Positions 24,367-36,868 of a stretch of DNA of 64,000 bases are shown here, one piece after another. The translations under genes and the position numbers were made by a program. Source of the DNA: Squalus acanthias (Eukaryota); NCBI GenBank assembly GCA_030390025.1, contig CM059432.1, positions 113,276,001 to 113,340,000 on the forward strand. The letters are read 5' to 3'. Under the pieces are notes generated by a model. That model worked only from the letters and a program-made list of their open reading frames with translations. It was not told the DNA's origin and did no database searches. Each line of letters opens with the position of its first letter. Positions within the stretch are counted from its first letter, which is position 1.

Positions 24367-25475
24367 TGTAAGCGGTTTTGATTCTAGCCCAATTGCTAGA
24401 CGGACGGTTTGAATCGCCCCCGCCTTACGAAAGTTCTATACCCGGGAATTATTATTCAGAGTGTAAATGAAATAAGTCACAGACAGGAATGCTTCGGTGA
24501 AAAATTGTACTTATATTTATTTGGTCTGACATACACTGGCTAAAACATGCACTACTAAATGAAATCACTGTCTCTGTGGAGAATAAGATCCAGGTTACAA
24601 ACAACATACATACAGTACCCAACTGGGGACTATAACATGCAGTAATTCCCTTGTTGCTATGGTGGACTCTAATTCCACCCCTACCAACGAATTACTCAGT
24701 CGCATAAGCCCCTTCGCCTGGCTGAACCAAACGAAGCTTCCACCCAAAAGGACTTTACTTCTGAGAAAATATCCGGCTTGGGACACTCGAGACCATGCTT
24801 ACCACCACACACAGTCGGTCTCGATCGCGCCGCTCAGCGGCTTCTTCCTCTGGTACTTCTTGTTAGGTCGATCTTGGTGGAGCGAGAGAGAGAGAGAATG
24901 GTGGGAAAGGATCTATCTTTATAGGAGTCTTGCTACCCCTATCTTTCCCGCCAATCTTTAAAATCCTTTTGTTTATAAGCACTCCGGTGCTTTAGTCAGT
25001 GATGGGCCATCATCAGACCCATGAGTATTCCGTGATTGGACTAATGGCCCTAAGTCTGGGACATATTTCGGTCTTTGTGTTGGGAAAAACTGGCTCCTCT
25101 GCAGCTGGCTAGGCTCGTGGGTTCATTATTCTGCTTCTCTTCTGAGATGGAGGTGAGAAGTGCTTTTGCATATTAGAGTGACTTTCTAATAGGTTCAAGT
25201 TCAACGGGTGCCTCAGGGTCCTCAGCCCCTTCGTCAATGGCCCACCCTTCCTTTTTTCAGGACTGTCAGGCGAACCCATACATTCTGGATGACTGACAGT
25301 TCTTTTGTCACAGCCAACTGCCATGCGTTCTCTGGAGTTTTAACAAACCAGTTTTTCACGTATCTGCACAGGGCGATCCCATCACAGGAAAAATACCCTC
25401 AGAAAAATCCCATAAAGTCCACAAAATATTCTCGACTGAGTCCATTCTTCAAACAGAGACTTTGTGATCTCTTCA
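24367..25475 (-). mobile_element. Solo LTR (1109 bp)
   Basis: TGTAAG...CTTCA termini; 4-bp TSD ATCC; minus-strand AATAAA at ~24517 and TATAAA at ~24920; splits a CR1 codon run cleanly. Confidence 0.85.
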
Positions 25476-26010
25476 ATCCGGAGAAGTGTGAGGTAATGCA
25501 TTTGGGGAGGGCTAACAAGGCAAGGGAATACACATTAAATGGTAGGATACCGAGAAGTGTAGAGGAACAGAGGGACCTTGGAGTGCATGTCCACAGATCC
25601 CTGAAGGTAGCAGGACAGGTAGATAAGGTGGTTAAGAAGGCATATGGGATACTTTCCATTATTAGCCGAGGCATAGAATATAAGAGTAGGGAGGTTATGC
25701 TTGAACTGCATAAAATACTAGTTGGGCTACAGCTAGAGTACTATGTACAGTTCTGGTCACCACATTACAGGAAAGATGTGATTGCACTAGAGAGGGTGCA
25801 GAGGAGATTTACGAGGACGTTGCCAGGACTGGAGAATTTTAGCTGTGAGGAAAGATTGGCTAGGCTGGGGTTGTTTTCTTTGGAACAGAGGAGGTTGAGA
25901 GGAGACTTGATTGAGGTGTATAAAATTATGAGGGGCCTAGATAGAGTGGATAGGAAGGACCTATTTCCCTTAGCATAGGTTAGTAGCCAGGGGGCATAGA
26001 TTTAAAGTAA

Positions 26011-26242
26011 AAACAGAAAATGTTGGAAATACTCAGCAGGCCAGGCAGCATCTGTGGAGAGAGAAACAGAGTTAACATTTCAGGTCGATGACCTTTCATC
26101 AGAAAGTTCTGACGAAGGGTCATCAACCTGAAACGTTAACTCTGTTTCTCTCTCCACAGATGCTGCCTGACCTGCTGAGTATTTCCAGCATTTTCTGTTT
26201 TTATTTCAGATTTCCAGCATCCGCAGTATTTTGTTTTTGTAT
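26011..26242 (+). mobile_element. Short palindromic Penelope-like (MER6-like) insertion
   Basis: ~90-bp inverted arms; 14-bp TSD TAGATTTAAAGTAA (25997-26010 / 26243-26256); hammerhead cores at the centre. Confidence 0.8.
26105..26141 (+). ncRNA. Minimal hammerhead ribozyme motif
   Basis: AGTT-CTGACGA-A-GGGTCATCAACCT-GAAA-CGTT-AACT; a mirror core (CTGATGA..AGGTCATCGACCT..GAAA) lies on the minus strand at 26071-26104. Confidence 0.7.
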
Positions 26243-27014
26243 TAGATTTAAAGTAATTGGTAGAAAGATTAGAGGGAGTTGAGGAGAACTTTTTTCACCC
26301 AGTGGATGGTGGGGGTCTGGAACTCACTGCCTGAAAGGGTGGTAGAGACAGAAACCCTCATCACATTTAAAAAGTACTTGGATATGCACTTGAAGTGCCA
26401 TAACCTACAGGTCTACGGACCAAGAGCTGGAAAGTGGGACTAGGCTGGATAGCTCTTTTTTGGCCGGCACAGACGCGATGGGCCGATTGGCCTCCTTCTG
26501 TGCCATAAATTTCTATGATTGTCTCATTCTATGATTAGAGCATCTACAATTTCCTCACCTACTTCTTTTAATACCCTGGCTAGTGAGGTCCTAGAAATTT
26601 GCTTTTCATTCATCTCATTATTTTCTCCATTACCATTTTTCTACTAATATCAAATCTAGTAAGTTCCTAAGTTCCTCTCTTGATTTATTTTTACTTTTCC
26701 TTGTATCTCTGATACTTTATCCTCAGCCTCTACTGTCAAGACTGATATAAAGTAACTATTTCGCAAGTCTGACAATTCCTGATTTTCAATTACATTATCA
26801 CCTGCGCCTGTCTTTAAGGGGCCCACGTTACTCATAGCCACCCACTTTCTTTTAATATACTTGTAAAAATCTTTAGTCTTGTTCTTGATACCTCTTGGAA
26901 GTATTCCCTTTTTACAGATCTTTCTACTTTCTTCGTATCCCTTTACTATTCTTTATATCTCTCCCAGTCCGCGGGATCTCTACTGTTCTTTGCATTCGTA
27001 TAAGACATTTTAAA

Positions 27015-27790
27015 AATGTATTCATGGGATGTGGGCGTCGCTGGCAAGGCCAGCATTTATTGCCCATCTCTACTTGCCCTTGAGAAGGTGGTGGTGAGCT
27101 GCCTTCTTGAACCACTGCAGTCCGTGTGGTGAAGGTTCTCCCACAGCGCTGTTAGGTAGCGAGTTCCAGAATTTTGACCCAGCGATGATGAAGGATCGGC
27201 GATATACTTCTAAGTCAAGATGGTGTGTGACTTGGAGGGGAACTTGGAGGTGGTGGTGTTCCCATGCGCCTGCTGCCCTTGTCCTTTCACGTGGTAGAGG
27301 TTGCGGGTTTGGGAGGTGCTGCCGAAGAAGCCTTGGCGAGTTGCTGCAGTGCATCTTGTCGATGGGACACACTGCAGCCATGGTACGCTGGTGGTGGAGG
27401 GAGTGAATGTTTAAGGTGGTGGATGGGGTGCCAATCAAGTGGGCTGCTTTGTCCTGGATGGTGTCGAGCTTCTTGAGTGTTGTTGGAGCTGCACTCATCT
27501 AGGCAAGTGGAGAGTATTCCATCACACTCCTTACTTGTGCCTTGTAGATGGTGGAAAGGCTTTGGGGAGTCAGAAGGTGAGACACTCGCCGCAGAATACC
27601 CAGCCTCTGACCTGCTCTTGTTGCCACAGTATTTATATGGCTGGTCCAGTTAAATTTCTGGTCAATGGTGACCCCCAGGATGTTGATGGTGGGGGATTCG
27701 GCGATGGTAATGCCATTGAATGTCAAGGGGGCGGTGGCTAGACTCTCGCTTGTTGGAGATAGTCATCGCCTGGCACTTGTGTGGAACAAA
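27015..27790 (-). mobile_element. Second LINE family (CR1/Jockey group) 3' fragment
   Basis: LGVTIDQKFNW, YKAQVRSVMEYSPLA, WNSLPNS..KKAAHHHLLKG; same family at 47835, 56320 and 63880. Confidence 0.8.
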
Positions 27791-28310
27791 TCATAGAATC
27801 ATAGAAGGAAGCCATTCAGCCCTTCATGACTGTGCCTGCTGTTTGAAAGAGCTACCCAATTAGTCCTACTCCCCTGTTCATTCCCCATAGCCCTATAAAG
27901 CTTTCCTTTTTAAGTATATATCCACTTCCCTTTTGAAAGTTACTATTGAATCTGCTTCCTCCGTCCTTTTAGTCCATGCATTCCAGATCACAACAACTAG
28001 CTGAGTCAAAAAATTCGTCCTCCTCTCCCCCGACTGGTTACTGACGCTCCTGCCAGTGGAAGCAGTTTCTCGATTCAATCTTCCCTTAGCCTTCTTTGCT
28101 CTGAGTAGAACAATCCCAGCTTCTCTAGTTTTGCCACATATTTGAATTCCCTCATCCCTGGTATCATTCTGGTAAATCTCCTCTGCACCCTCTCCAAGGC
28201 CGTGACATCCTTTCTAAACTGTGCTGCCCAGAATTGGATGCAATACTCCAGCTCAGGACTAACCAGTGATTTATAAAGGTTTACCATCACTTCCTTGCTT
28301 TCGAACTCTA
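27791..28310 (-). mobile_element. CR1 3' fragment
   Basis: LYKSLVSPELEYCIQFW..LERVQRRFTRMIPG; tail TCATAGAATCATAGAA. Confidence 0.8.
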
Positions 28311-28311
28311 A

Positions 28312-29255
28312 GGGGGAGAAATTCGGTTTAGCCTGTTTGGGGCGCTTAAACTTTAAGGGGTAAAAATTCAGTTGGTTGCGCCTCCCGTTAGCGCCTTTAG
28401 AGGGCGCTAATGGGGCGCAAAGCCGCTAACGCCCGGGCGCAGCGATGTTTGCGCCGCTCGGGAACTTAACCAGACATTGTGCGGCGGCGCTAAACTTTAC
28501 CGCTGCGACCACCTGCGCGCGCAGATTGTGACGTCATTCCATGGTGCAACGCCCTTGTGGCGCCCCGGAGCGGAAATTGAGTGGCGCCCCCTGCCTTACC
28601 GCCTGACGCTAGCAACGACCAGAAGACTGGAACGCTATCAATCGCTGTGGGCCTGGGGGGGGGCGCTATTTAAAGGGGGCCTCTTCCTGTCTTTTATTGT
28701 TGGTGGCATTTTTGAACTACGCATTCTGAGAGAGAGAGAGAGAGAGAGAGACTTCTGGAGAGATTCAACGTTGTGTGAAGGAGTTTTGGGTACTGAGCAG
28801 CACTTTGCAGGTTCATTTTGATTTGCCCTTCCTTGTATCGATTTAGCAGAGACTGTGGGTGCTGCACTCTGAGCTCTTTGCCTGGTACTCTCCATTGTTC
28901 TTTCCAGCACATTTGATGTGCAAGTCTCTCCAGGCCGAGATTCAAGGCTGCAATGAACAGGATGTGGATGGAAAAAAGATTTACCATCCCCTTTAAGAAC
29001 TGGCCCGTGCCATTGTGTGTGTGTTCCATTGCTGACTGACATTACATGAGCTTCGCCAGCGCTCTGAGTTAGCGCCTCACTCCTTGGCCTTTGCGCCTTA
29101 AGACAGGTGTGCAGCGCCTGCTTTAGCGCTCCACTCACCTCCCGGGGCGGTAAAAGTGAAGTTTCCAGTCAGTGCCGATAATTAGCGCCAGGCGCTAATA
29201 TTTGCGTCCAGACGATATTTGCGCCCCAAATGGGGCGCGACCTAATTTCTACCCC
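28312..29255. mobile_element. Harbinger MITE
   Basis: TIR GGGGGAGAAATTCGGT / ACCTAATTTCTACCCC; TSD TAA; many GCGCTAA motifs; (GA)n at ~28728-28750. Confidence 0.85.
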
Positions 29256-29257
29256 TA

Positions 29258-29940
29258 AAAGTTGAAATATTAGCGCCAGGCGCTAATCTTTCTCGCCTCC
29301 CACAAAATTCAGTTTTAGCGCTCCAAGAGGGAAGTGGAGCGCTAAATCAAGCGTTAACCACTTCTCTTATGGCGCTAAAGTCTGAGAGCGGGGCGGTAGC
29401 GGCAGAGCGCTAAACAATTTCGAGCGCATTGTAAACGGCACTCTTTCATCACAGGCTGCTTCCCTCGCTTAAAGGGAAAGGCCAATGATGCTGCACAAGC
29501 TAGTTGTCGTCAGTTCTGTTTTGCACGGCGACCTGGGCGACTACCATTACAGCCCAAACACTCTCACAAAGTGGAGAGCTTGAACATCTTGCACCAATGA
29601 AACATTAAAAACTTTGCGCAGGCACCAGACTGGTGCAAATAATAAAGGTTGCGCTAGCTGAAAAGCATTCCCTTTAATGACCGCTCCCAAAGCGGCCAGC
29701 CGAGTTCACAACGCCTCCTCTTGCTGACGTTGTCGGCGCGAGGCAAAAAAGCAGGGGGCGAGTGTCAATTTTCCATCTGGGGTGATAACAGGGCACTGCG
29801 CACTTTATGATGTCACGATCTGTGAGGCGCTAGAGGCCCAGGCGCTACCGGCACTGAAGTTCGCAGGCGTCGCTGCATTCGCCGCGCCCTATGGGCGCAA
29901 AATTTGGATCCTTAGCGAACGTCTTTTTTCGGCACTACAA
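29258..29940. mobile_element. Harbinger non-autonomous remnant
   Basis: Resembles both subterminal regions of the 8652-12922 element; TIRs not seen. Confidence 0.55.
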
Positions 29941-30231
29941 TTGCCATTTTGGTTGCAAAATGGCCTCTGTGGTGCTGTGCGCACTTGTGTGGCGAATTGT
30001 GCTGGACACCATAATGGTGAGGACGTTTGCGCACGTGCAGTGAACGCCTGCCGGAGGTATGCTGTGCAGGCAGATCATGAAGTCAATCAGCGAGCAACAC
30101 TGATTTGACGCCAGCTGTGCCATTTTGGAGCTCAATGCTTCAGCTAACGCCCTCGCTTAACCTCGCACAGCTGAATACGCGTTCAGCAGCAGGAAGGACC
30201 TCCCACCAGCGCTAGTTAAAGGGATCAGCAC

Positions 30232-30400
30232 TAATGTTCCCGCTAAGCAGCGCGGCCACATGGCCGCACAGCGGTCTGGAGATCTCTCACAGGCTGCTCA
30301 CCAGCCTTTACATGGGAGAAACCACGCATTTGTGTAAATTTTAATGGGCTGCGTAGCCAGTTAAAGGGACCGCGCACAAAAAAAATTACAGGGAACATTG
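30232..30400. mobile_element. hAT-type MITE
   Basis: TIR TAATGTTCCC / GGGAACATTG; 8-bp TSD ATCAGCAC / ATCATCAC. Confidence 0.8.
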
Positions 30401-31146
30401 ATCATCACCTACTTAAAGGTTAGTTGCTGATTGATTGCTACTGGCTGCTGCTACGTTCTACAAGTGTTCTGTGCTTTCTATAGTTGTTTAAAGTCGCTAA
30501 CGTCTACAGCAGGGTCTCGCAACCCTTTTGGCTCTGAGCTCCCCCTCCCGTGTTATAAAAATTCCAAGGACGCCCTGTAACGCAACACAAGTATCTTTTC
30601 TGTATAAAAAATACAACCAGCCCGAAATAAACCTGCTGGATCAGACAGAACACTGGAAACCGGGTACCCTTGCGTCCACGCCAGAGTGTAAAGCACCGAT
30701 TGCTTTACTGCCTTGCCCTTGTGACAGAACAGGAAGGGTTCATGGGAGCTCCAGTGTAGCTAATGTTTAACATATCCCACACATCCGCGCGACAACAGCA
30801 CCTGCCAAGTGCCCGACCGCTCCCAGCATGCCTCTGCAGCGCATCACAAAACGAGGCCCGTTCTAATTGGACAACGTTACTGTCTTTCAAAGGGAAGATC
30901 GGATCTTTCAGCCCCTCCCCCTTTTCTATTTAGGCTCAGGTTTTTTTTTCCCCAGGCCCGTTTATATTTAAAACCGCTTTAGTGTCATTTTAATTTCAAA
31001 ATTAGTTTAATTTCACTCCAAGCCCATTCTCGGTGTGTTATTTTGAATACTTTCCATCGCCTGCTTCAACAGGAGGGACACTGTTGGTGATGTCCTGATG
31101 GTGCTGCTTCCCTTTTTTCTCCTCGCCTTTATTGTAACATTGGCAG

Positions 31147-31297
31147 CAATGTTCCCTTTAAGCTTCGCACCCAGCGGTCACGCAGCGCTCTGCAGCTCCT
31201 GCGCAGCCGGCTCACCAGCTTTTAAATAGGACAGACCACACATGCGCGATATTTTGAATGGGCCGCACAGACCACAACAAAATTAAAGGGAACATTG
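31147..31297. mobile_element. hAT-type MITE
   Basis: TIR CAATGTTCCCTTTAA / TTAAAGGGAACATTG; perfect 8-bp TSD ATTGGCAG. Confidence 0.88.
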
Positions 31298-33744
31298 ATT
31301 GGCAGCATCCTCTTCTTTAGTGAAGACAAATGCAAAGTAGTCATTCAGTATCTCAGCCACGTCCTCTGCCTCCACAAGAAGATCGACTTTTCGGTCCTTA
31401 ATCAGCCCCACCTTTCCTTTGACTGTCCTTTTACTCTTTTTGGCTGCACAATTCAGAGGCCTGAGCAGAGAGAAGCAGGTGGAGCGCGCATGTGGCTTTG
31501 CCAGGTTAGCAGGCTTCCACATGGTGCAGGACGCCACCAACTGCACACACATGGCCTTGTGGGCACCGCATAACAATCCTGAGATGTTCTGTAACCGCAA
31601 AGGCTACCACTTAATGGGCAGTTGTTGTGCGACCACGCCTAGCACATCATGATGGTGAATGCCTGCTATCCTGGCAGTAGTCATGATGCCTTCATCCTGC
31701 GCCAGTTTGGTGTGCCAGCAATCTTCCAGCCACCACATCGAACCCGAGGGTGGCTGCTCAGAGACAAGGACTATCTGCTCTGCACTTGACTCCGCAACCC
31801 CACCACTCGTGGCCAGCACTCATATACTGAGAGCCATACTGGAACATCATCAAGCAGACCATGGGGTGCTCAAGCAACGGTTCCACTGCCTTGGCCGCTC
31901 GGGAAGAGGCCTCCAGTACTCGCCGGAGCGGGTGTCCCATTTCGTGGTCGTGGTCTGCTGCATCCTCCACAACCTGGCCATTATGAACGCGCAGCCTTTG
32001 CCACCACGGGTTCCGCGACCACCTCAGGAGGAGGAGGAGGAAGATAAAGAGGAAGAGGAGGAAGAGGAAGAGAAAGAGGAGTGCGAGGAGCAGGAGGAGG
32101 AGGAGGAAGGGAGAAGACAGGCAGCACATTCCCATTCCAGAGGGCTGTCCATGAGCGTCTCATCAGACTCTGGTTCCAGTGAATGAACCCCCAGATCCCC
32201 GTTGCTTACCACGTCCCCATCATACCATCCCTCTGTCATGGAACATCACAGCGTCCTTCTGGAAACAAAGCTGAACTGAGATCCACCACAAAACACTCAT
32301 TCCAAACATAATTTATAAATTTATCAAGTTCAAATCAAAAGAACAAAGTCAACTGATCACCCTTGTGTATTCCCTTAGTGTCTATCTTTTGTGTGCCTTT
32401 GCCTGTCCTAGTGCTCCTACGCAGTGCTACCCCAGTGACTGCAGCATGGCTGGTGGAAGGCTCCTGACTTTCAGTGGGGGAGACTACAGATGGGCTTTAC
32501 AGGATGACCTCAAGCAGCTCTGGGCCTAGAAGACCCGGCTGTAGACTGCACCACCTCGGCATGGGTGGCAGCAGTCTGGGCTGGCTGGATGACAGACAGC
32601 AACAAGAGCAATGGTGGAGTGGCAGTGTTGGGAGGGTGAATGCTGTCATCCTGAGAGAGGACAGCAGGTTCCTGCTCCACTGACCCACTGCCACTCCCCC
32701 GGGGCAGCGCCTCAGCATTCCTAGCAATCTGTTGGAGGACAGATTGCTGGACTGCTGTGACACCCTGCAAGCCCCTTTCCACACTCATAAACCCAGCCAT
32801 GATGGCAGCAATCTGAGTTTGGCATCAAGCTGAGCCTGCAGGAGAGCAGTCTGTGCTTCCACTGCAGCACTGAGATGTTGGGTCACTTCCGCTTGTGCTG
32901 CAGTGGAAGCTGCGATATCGCCCATCACACCCAGCATCATGTTTGGCTCCACAAGTCCTCTAATGGAGTTGCCCATCACTTCCATCCTGGAAATCATGGG
33001 CTCCAAGCTCTGCGCAATACCCCATGCAATGTTGGAGCTGGACTGCTCCATGCTCCTTGACACTGACAAGATTCCGTGTGCATGCCCATCACCCTTCTTC
33101 TGAAGGGCACCCCATCGAGGTCATCATCTGAGTCCTGTGCAGCAGAACTCGTGTGTGAAATCACCCTCTGGGGAGCAGGCCCCCGAGCTACCCTTTCCCC
33201 CTGGCCTGGCTGCAGCTCACTCATGCCCGGTGCATCACCCTGTGCAGATCCCGCCTCTATACTATCCTCTACATTCCGTGCAGTGCCATTTTCTGAGCTG
33301 GTGTCTGTGAGTGTCAGATGCAGTGCCGATGTGTCTTCTTCTTCTCCTCCATCACTCTCCTCCTCCAGAACATCAGGGACAGGCTGGGCTGCTGGCAGTT
33401 CTTGGGTATCTGAAAGGAAAAATGCACAAATATCGGGTTGTGGTGATTGGAGGAGGAGGGAAGCAAGATATCCATGCATACACCATCAGCAAATTGTAAA
33501 TGAGAAGAGATTGTGGGATGAGGGGGAAGTGTGATGTGAGAAGAAGGATTAGGAATGAGCATACTGTCATCATCAACAATGCTTTCAACTTCCACACTCG
33601 CCATGGACTCTGTCACAGACCCTCCATTTATTGTGAGCACTGCTTCCTCCAGGTCCATCAGGTTCTCAATTCTGGCTTGCCCTCCACCCATCTGCTGGTG
33701 CTCTTGGTGGTTATATGCCACCTTGGCCTGCAAGATTAAGGGAC

Positions 33745-34450
33745 GTGTGTCAGTGAGTGTGGTGCAATGTGTTTGGATGAAGTGTGTCAGTGAGTGTGGT
33801 GCAGTGTGTTTGGGTGAAGTGTGTCAGTGAGTGTGGTGCAATGTGTTTGGATGAAGTGTGTCAGTGAGTGTGGTGCAGTGTGTTTGGGTGATGTGTGTCA
33901 GTGAGTGTGGTGCAATGTGTCTGGGTGAAGTGTGTCAGTGAGTGTGGTGCAGTGTGTTTGGGTGATGTGTGTCAGTGAGTGTGGTGCAATGTGTCTGGGT
34001 GAAGTGTGTCAGTGAGTGTGGTGCAATGTGTTTGGGTGAAGTGTGTCAGTGAGTGTGGTGCAATGTGTCTGGGTGAAGTGTGTCAGTGAGTGTGGTGCAA
34101 TGTGTTTGGGTGAAGTGTGTCAGTGAGTGTGGTGCAATGTGTTTGGGTGAAGTGTGTCAGTGAGTGTGGTGCAATGTGTTTGGGTGATGTGTGTCAGTGA
34201 GTGTGGTGCAATGTGTTTGGGTGAAGTGTGTCAGTGAGTGTGGTACAATGTGTTTGGGTGAAGTGTGTCAGTGAGTGTGGTGCAGTGTGTTTGGGTGATG
34301 TGTGTCAGTGAGTGTGATGCAATATGTTTGGGTGAAGTGTGTCAGTGAGTGTGGTGCAGTGTGTTTGGGTGAAGTGTGTCAGTGAGTGTGGTGCAATGTG
34401 TTTGGGTGATGTGTGTCAGTGAGTGTGGTGCAGTGTGTTTGGATGATGTG
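33745..34450. repeat. Minisatellite, 19 x 37 bp
   Basis: Unit GTGTGTCAGTGAGTGTGGTGCA(A/G)TGTGTTTGG(G/A)TGA(A/T); located inside Myb intron 1. Confidence 0.95.
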
Positions 34451-34989
34451 CCTGCCATGGTTGAATAGCTGACAGTGAGTGCAAGGTGTGAGATGTGGGT
34501 GTGAGTCTTGCAGCAGTGGTAAATGTGTGAGAGTGAAGTGAATCTCTGATTGTGAGGTATGAGTGGTGATTGCTAGAGATTGTTGGTAGATGAGTGCTGG
34601 GGGTGTGGTGCATTGAGCAGTGTGTGAGGCTAGTGGGGCAGATGTTGGGAGACGGCATTTGTAGATGCATTCACTGACCTTGACCACTTGTGTGATGTCA
34701 TTAAACTTCTTGTGGCACGGGATCTAGGTCCTGAGGACAACACTCGTGACACTGACAGCTAGCTAGGTCAAACATTATTGGCCATTAGACTGCACCTGAT
34801 ATTGGCCCCCCGTTGAGCGCTAAGCCAATCAGCAGTGCATTTAGCGCTGAGATCAGCGCTCCAATCATGTTAATGAGCAGGCAGCATGAATTTTGCGTGT
34901 TGCCTGCACCACTTTGAACGGGCCCCAGCAAATAGCGTTGGACAATGCCCCCACCTGTTTTCGAGCCTTATCCAATTTCTACGCCTATG

Positions 34990-36868
34990 TGTTTATAAAA
35001 TACTTTAGTGTTCCCTTTTATGTTACTCACTAATGTTTACTCATACATTTTCTTTACCATTCTTGTTTCCTTTCTCAGTTCTCTGCACGCTCTGTATTCA
35101 GCTTGATTCTTTATTATGAACCTGACATTTATCATAAGCCTCCTTTTTCTGTTTCATTTTAACTTCAATTTCTTTGGACATCCAGGAGCTCTAGCATTGG
35201 ATGCCCTTCCTTTCCCCCTCATTGGAATGTGTCTAGTTTGGACCTGAACTATCTCCTCTTTGAAGGCTCATATACTCATTGCTCATGTACTGTTTTACCT
35301 GCTACTCTTTGTTTCCAATTTACCTGAGCCAAATCAATTTTCATTAAAATTAGTCCTCCTCCAGTTGAGTATTTTCACGTTTGATTGTTCCTTGTCATTT
35401 TCCATAACTACTCTGAATCTAATGATTTTATGATCACTGTTTCCCAAATGCTCCCCCACTGAAACATGCTCCACTTCCCCCATTTCATTCCCCAGAACTA
35501 GATCCAGCACTGCTTCCTTTCTCGTTGGGTTGATATCACACTGACCAAGAAAGTTCTCCTGTGCACATTTCAGGAATTCCTCTCCCTCCTTGCCCTTTAG
35601 GATAATTGAAGTCCCCGTTATCATGACTCTATTGTTTTTACATCTTACTGAAATTTGCCGCTATGCTCCTCTATCTCCTCACTAGTTGGTGGCCTATAGT
35701 ATACACCCAGCAACATAATATCTCATCTTCTGCTCCTTAACTCTAACCAAATAGATTCTGTCTTTCAATCCTCAAGCACATCATCCCTTTGCAGGGCTGT
35801 TGATTATGGTCTGTTCTCTTGTTGGTTCAAGAACGTATTGTTCCTGAAGCTGCAGGCACAAGTTGCCCCACCATCCCCCACTCCTTTTTTTTACCTTCCC
35901 TATCTTTCCTGAATACATTGTAGCCAGGAATATTAAGTTCCCTTTCCTCACCGTGTTTGAGCTAGGTCTCTGTTAGTGCCACTATATTATAATCCCATGT
36001 GGCAACTTGTGCCTTCAGCTCACCAACCTTATTGACCATGCTCTGTGCATTTACGCACATGCACTCCAAACCTGCCTTAGTCTGCCTTTTATTTCCCCCC
36101 CCCCTGTCTAATCCCTCCTATTTCTGAACTATTCTTTATTTTAATAGCTGTTTGTCTCTCCTAGTCCTCTATGCACCTTGTTTCTCCTCTCTGATGCTTC
36201 ATTCTGGTTCCCCTCCACCTGGCAAATTAGTTTAAACCCTCCCTCACAGCATTAGTTAAACTCCCTGCGAGGACATTGGTGCCAGCCTTGTTCAGGTGCA
36301 ACCCGTCCACCTTGTACCAGTCCCTCCTGCCCCAGAACCGGCCCCAATGCCCCAGGAATATGAAGCCCTCCCCCCTGCACCATTTCTCCAGCCACGCATT
36401 GACCTGCTCTATCTTGCTATTCCCATACTCACTGGTGCATGGCACTGGGAGTAAGCCAGAAATGACCAACTTTGAGGTCCTGCTCTTTAATTTCCTCCCT
36501 AGCTCATGAAAATCTGTCTGTTGGACCTCAACCCTTTCTTTCCTATGTCATTGTTTCCAAATGGACCATCACATCCTCCAGCAGAATATTCTGCACCTAT
36601 TCCGTGACATCTTTTAGTTTTACACTGTCTTTCACTTCTCTTGTTGACCAACATTGTTCCTGCCCTTTATGGGTATGTACAGGTCTTGTATTCTACCACA
36701 AAATTCTTTGAACACCTCCTACTGTTCATCTGTATTATTATCCATTAACAGATCTGCTCAACCTACTATAGTCAATTTCTGGCTCATCCTTCCAAAGTCC
36801 ACCTTGCCTAAATTTAAAACCTTAGTTTGTGACTCCCTCTCAAATCTAATATGGAATTCAATCATATT
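34990..36868 (-). mobile_element. Old CR1 fragments: ORF1 esterase and ORF2 endonuclease remnants
   Basis: ISGLLPVP..VNAWL..DGLHLN (36227-36469, SGNH-like ORF1); PTRKEAVLDLVL..SDH (35334-35624). Confidence 0.8.

Larger units (their letters stand above)
24011..26520 (+). mobile_element. CR1 LINE fragment interrupted by a solo LTR and a Penelope-like insertion
   Basis: KAFDKVPH..WQMEFNP|EKCEVMHLG is colinear across 24367-25475; 3' tail at ~26470-26520. Confidence 0.85.
29945..34985 (-). mobile_element. Harbinger transposon in reverse orientation (nuclease +, Myb -), heavily nested
   Basis: Nuclease remnants 31455-32186 (GFHMVQDATNCTH, RKGYH, LKQRF, CILHN, poly-E); Myb exons 33727-~33566 and ~33408-32352; terminus CCAATTTCTACGCC matches the start of the 42583 element. 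Confidence 0.85.

Noticed and set aside
25208..25978. 256-aa ORF
   Set aside because: Chance read-through from the LTR end into a CR1 ORF2 remnant.
33745..34450. CRISPR-like 37-bp repeats
   Set aside because: Head-to-tail with no spacers, eukaryotic context and no cas genes.
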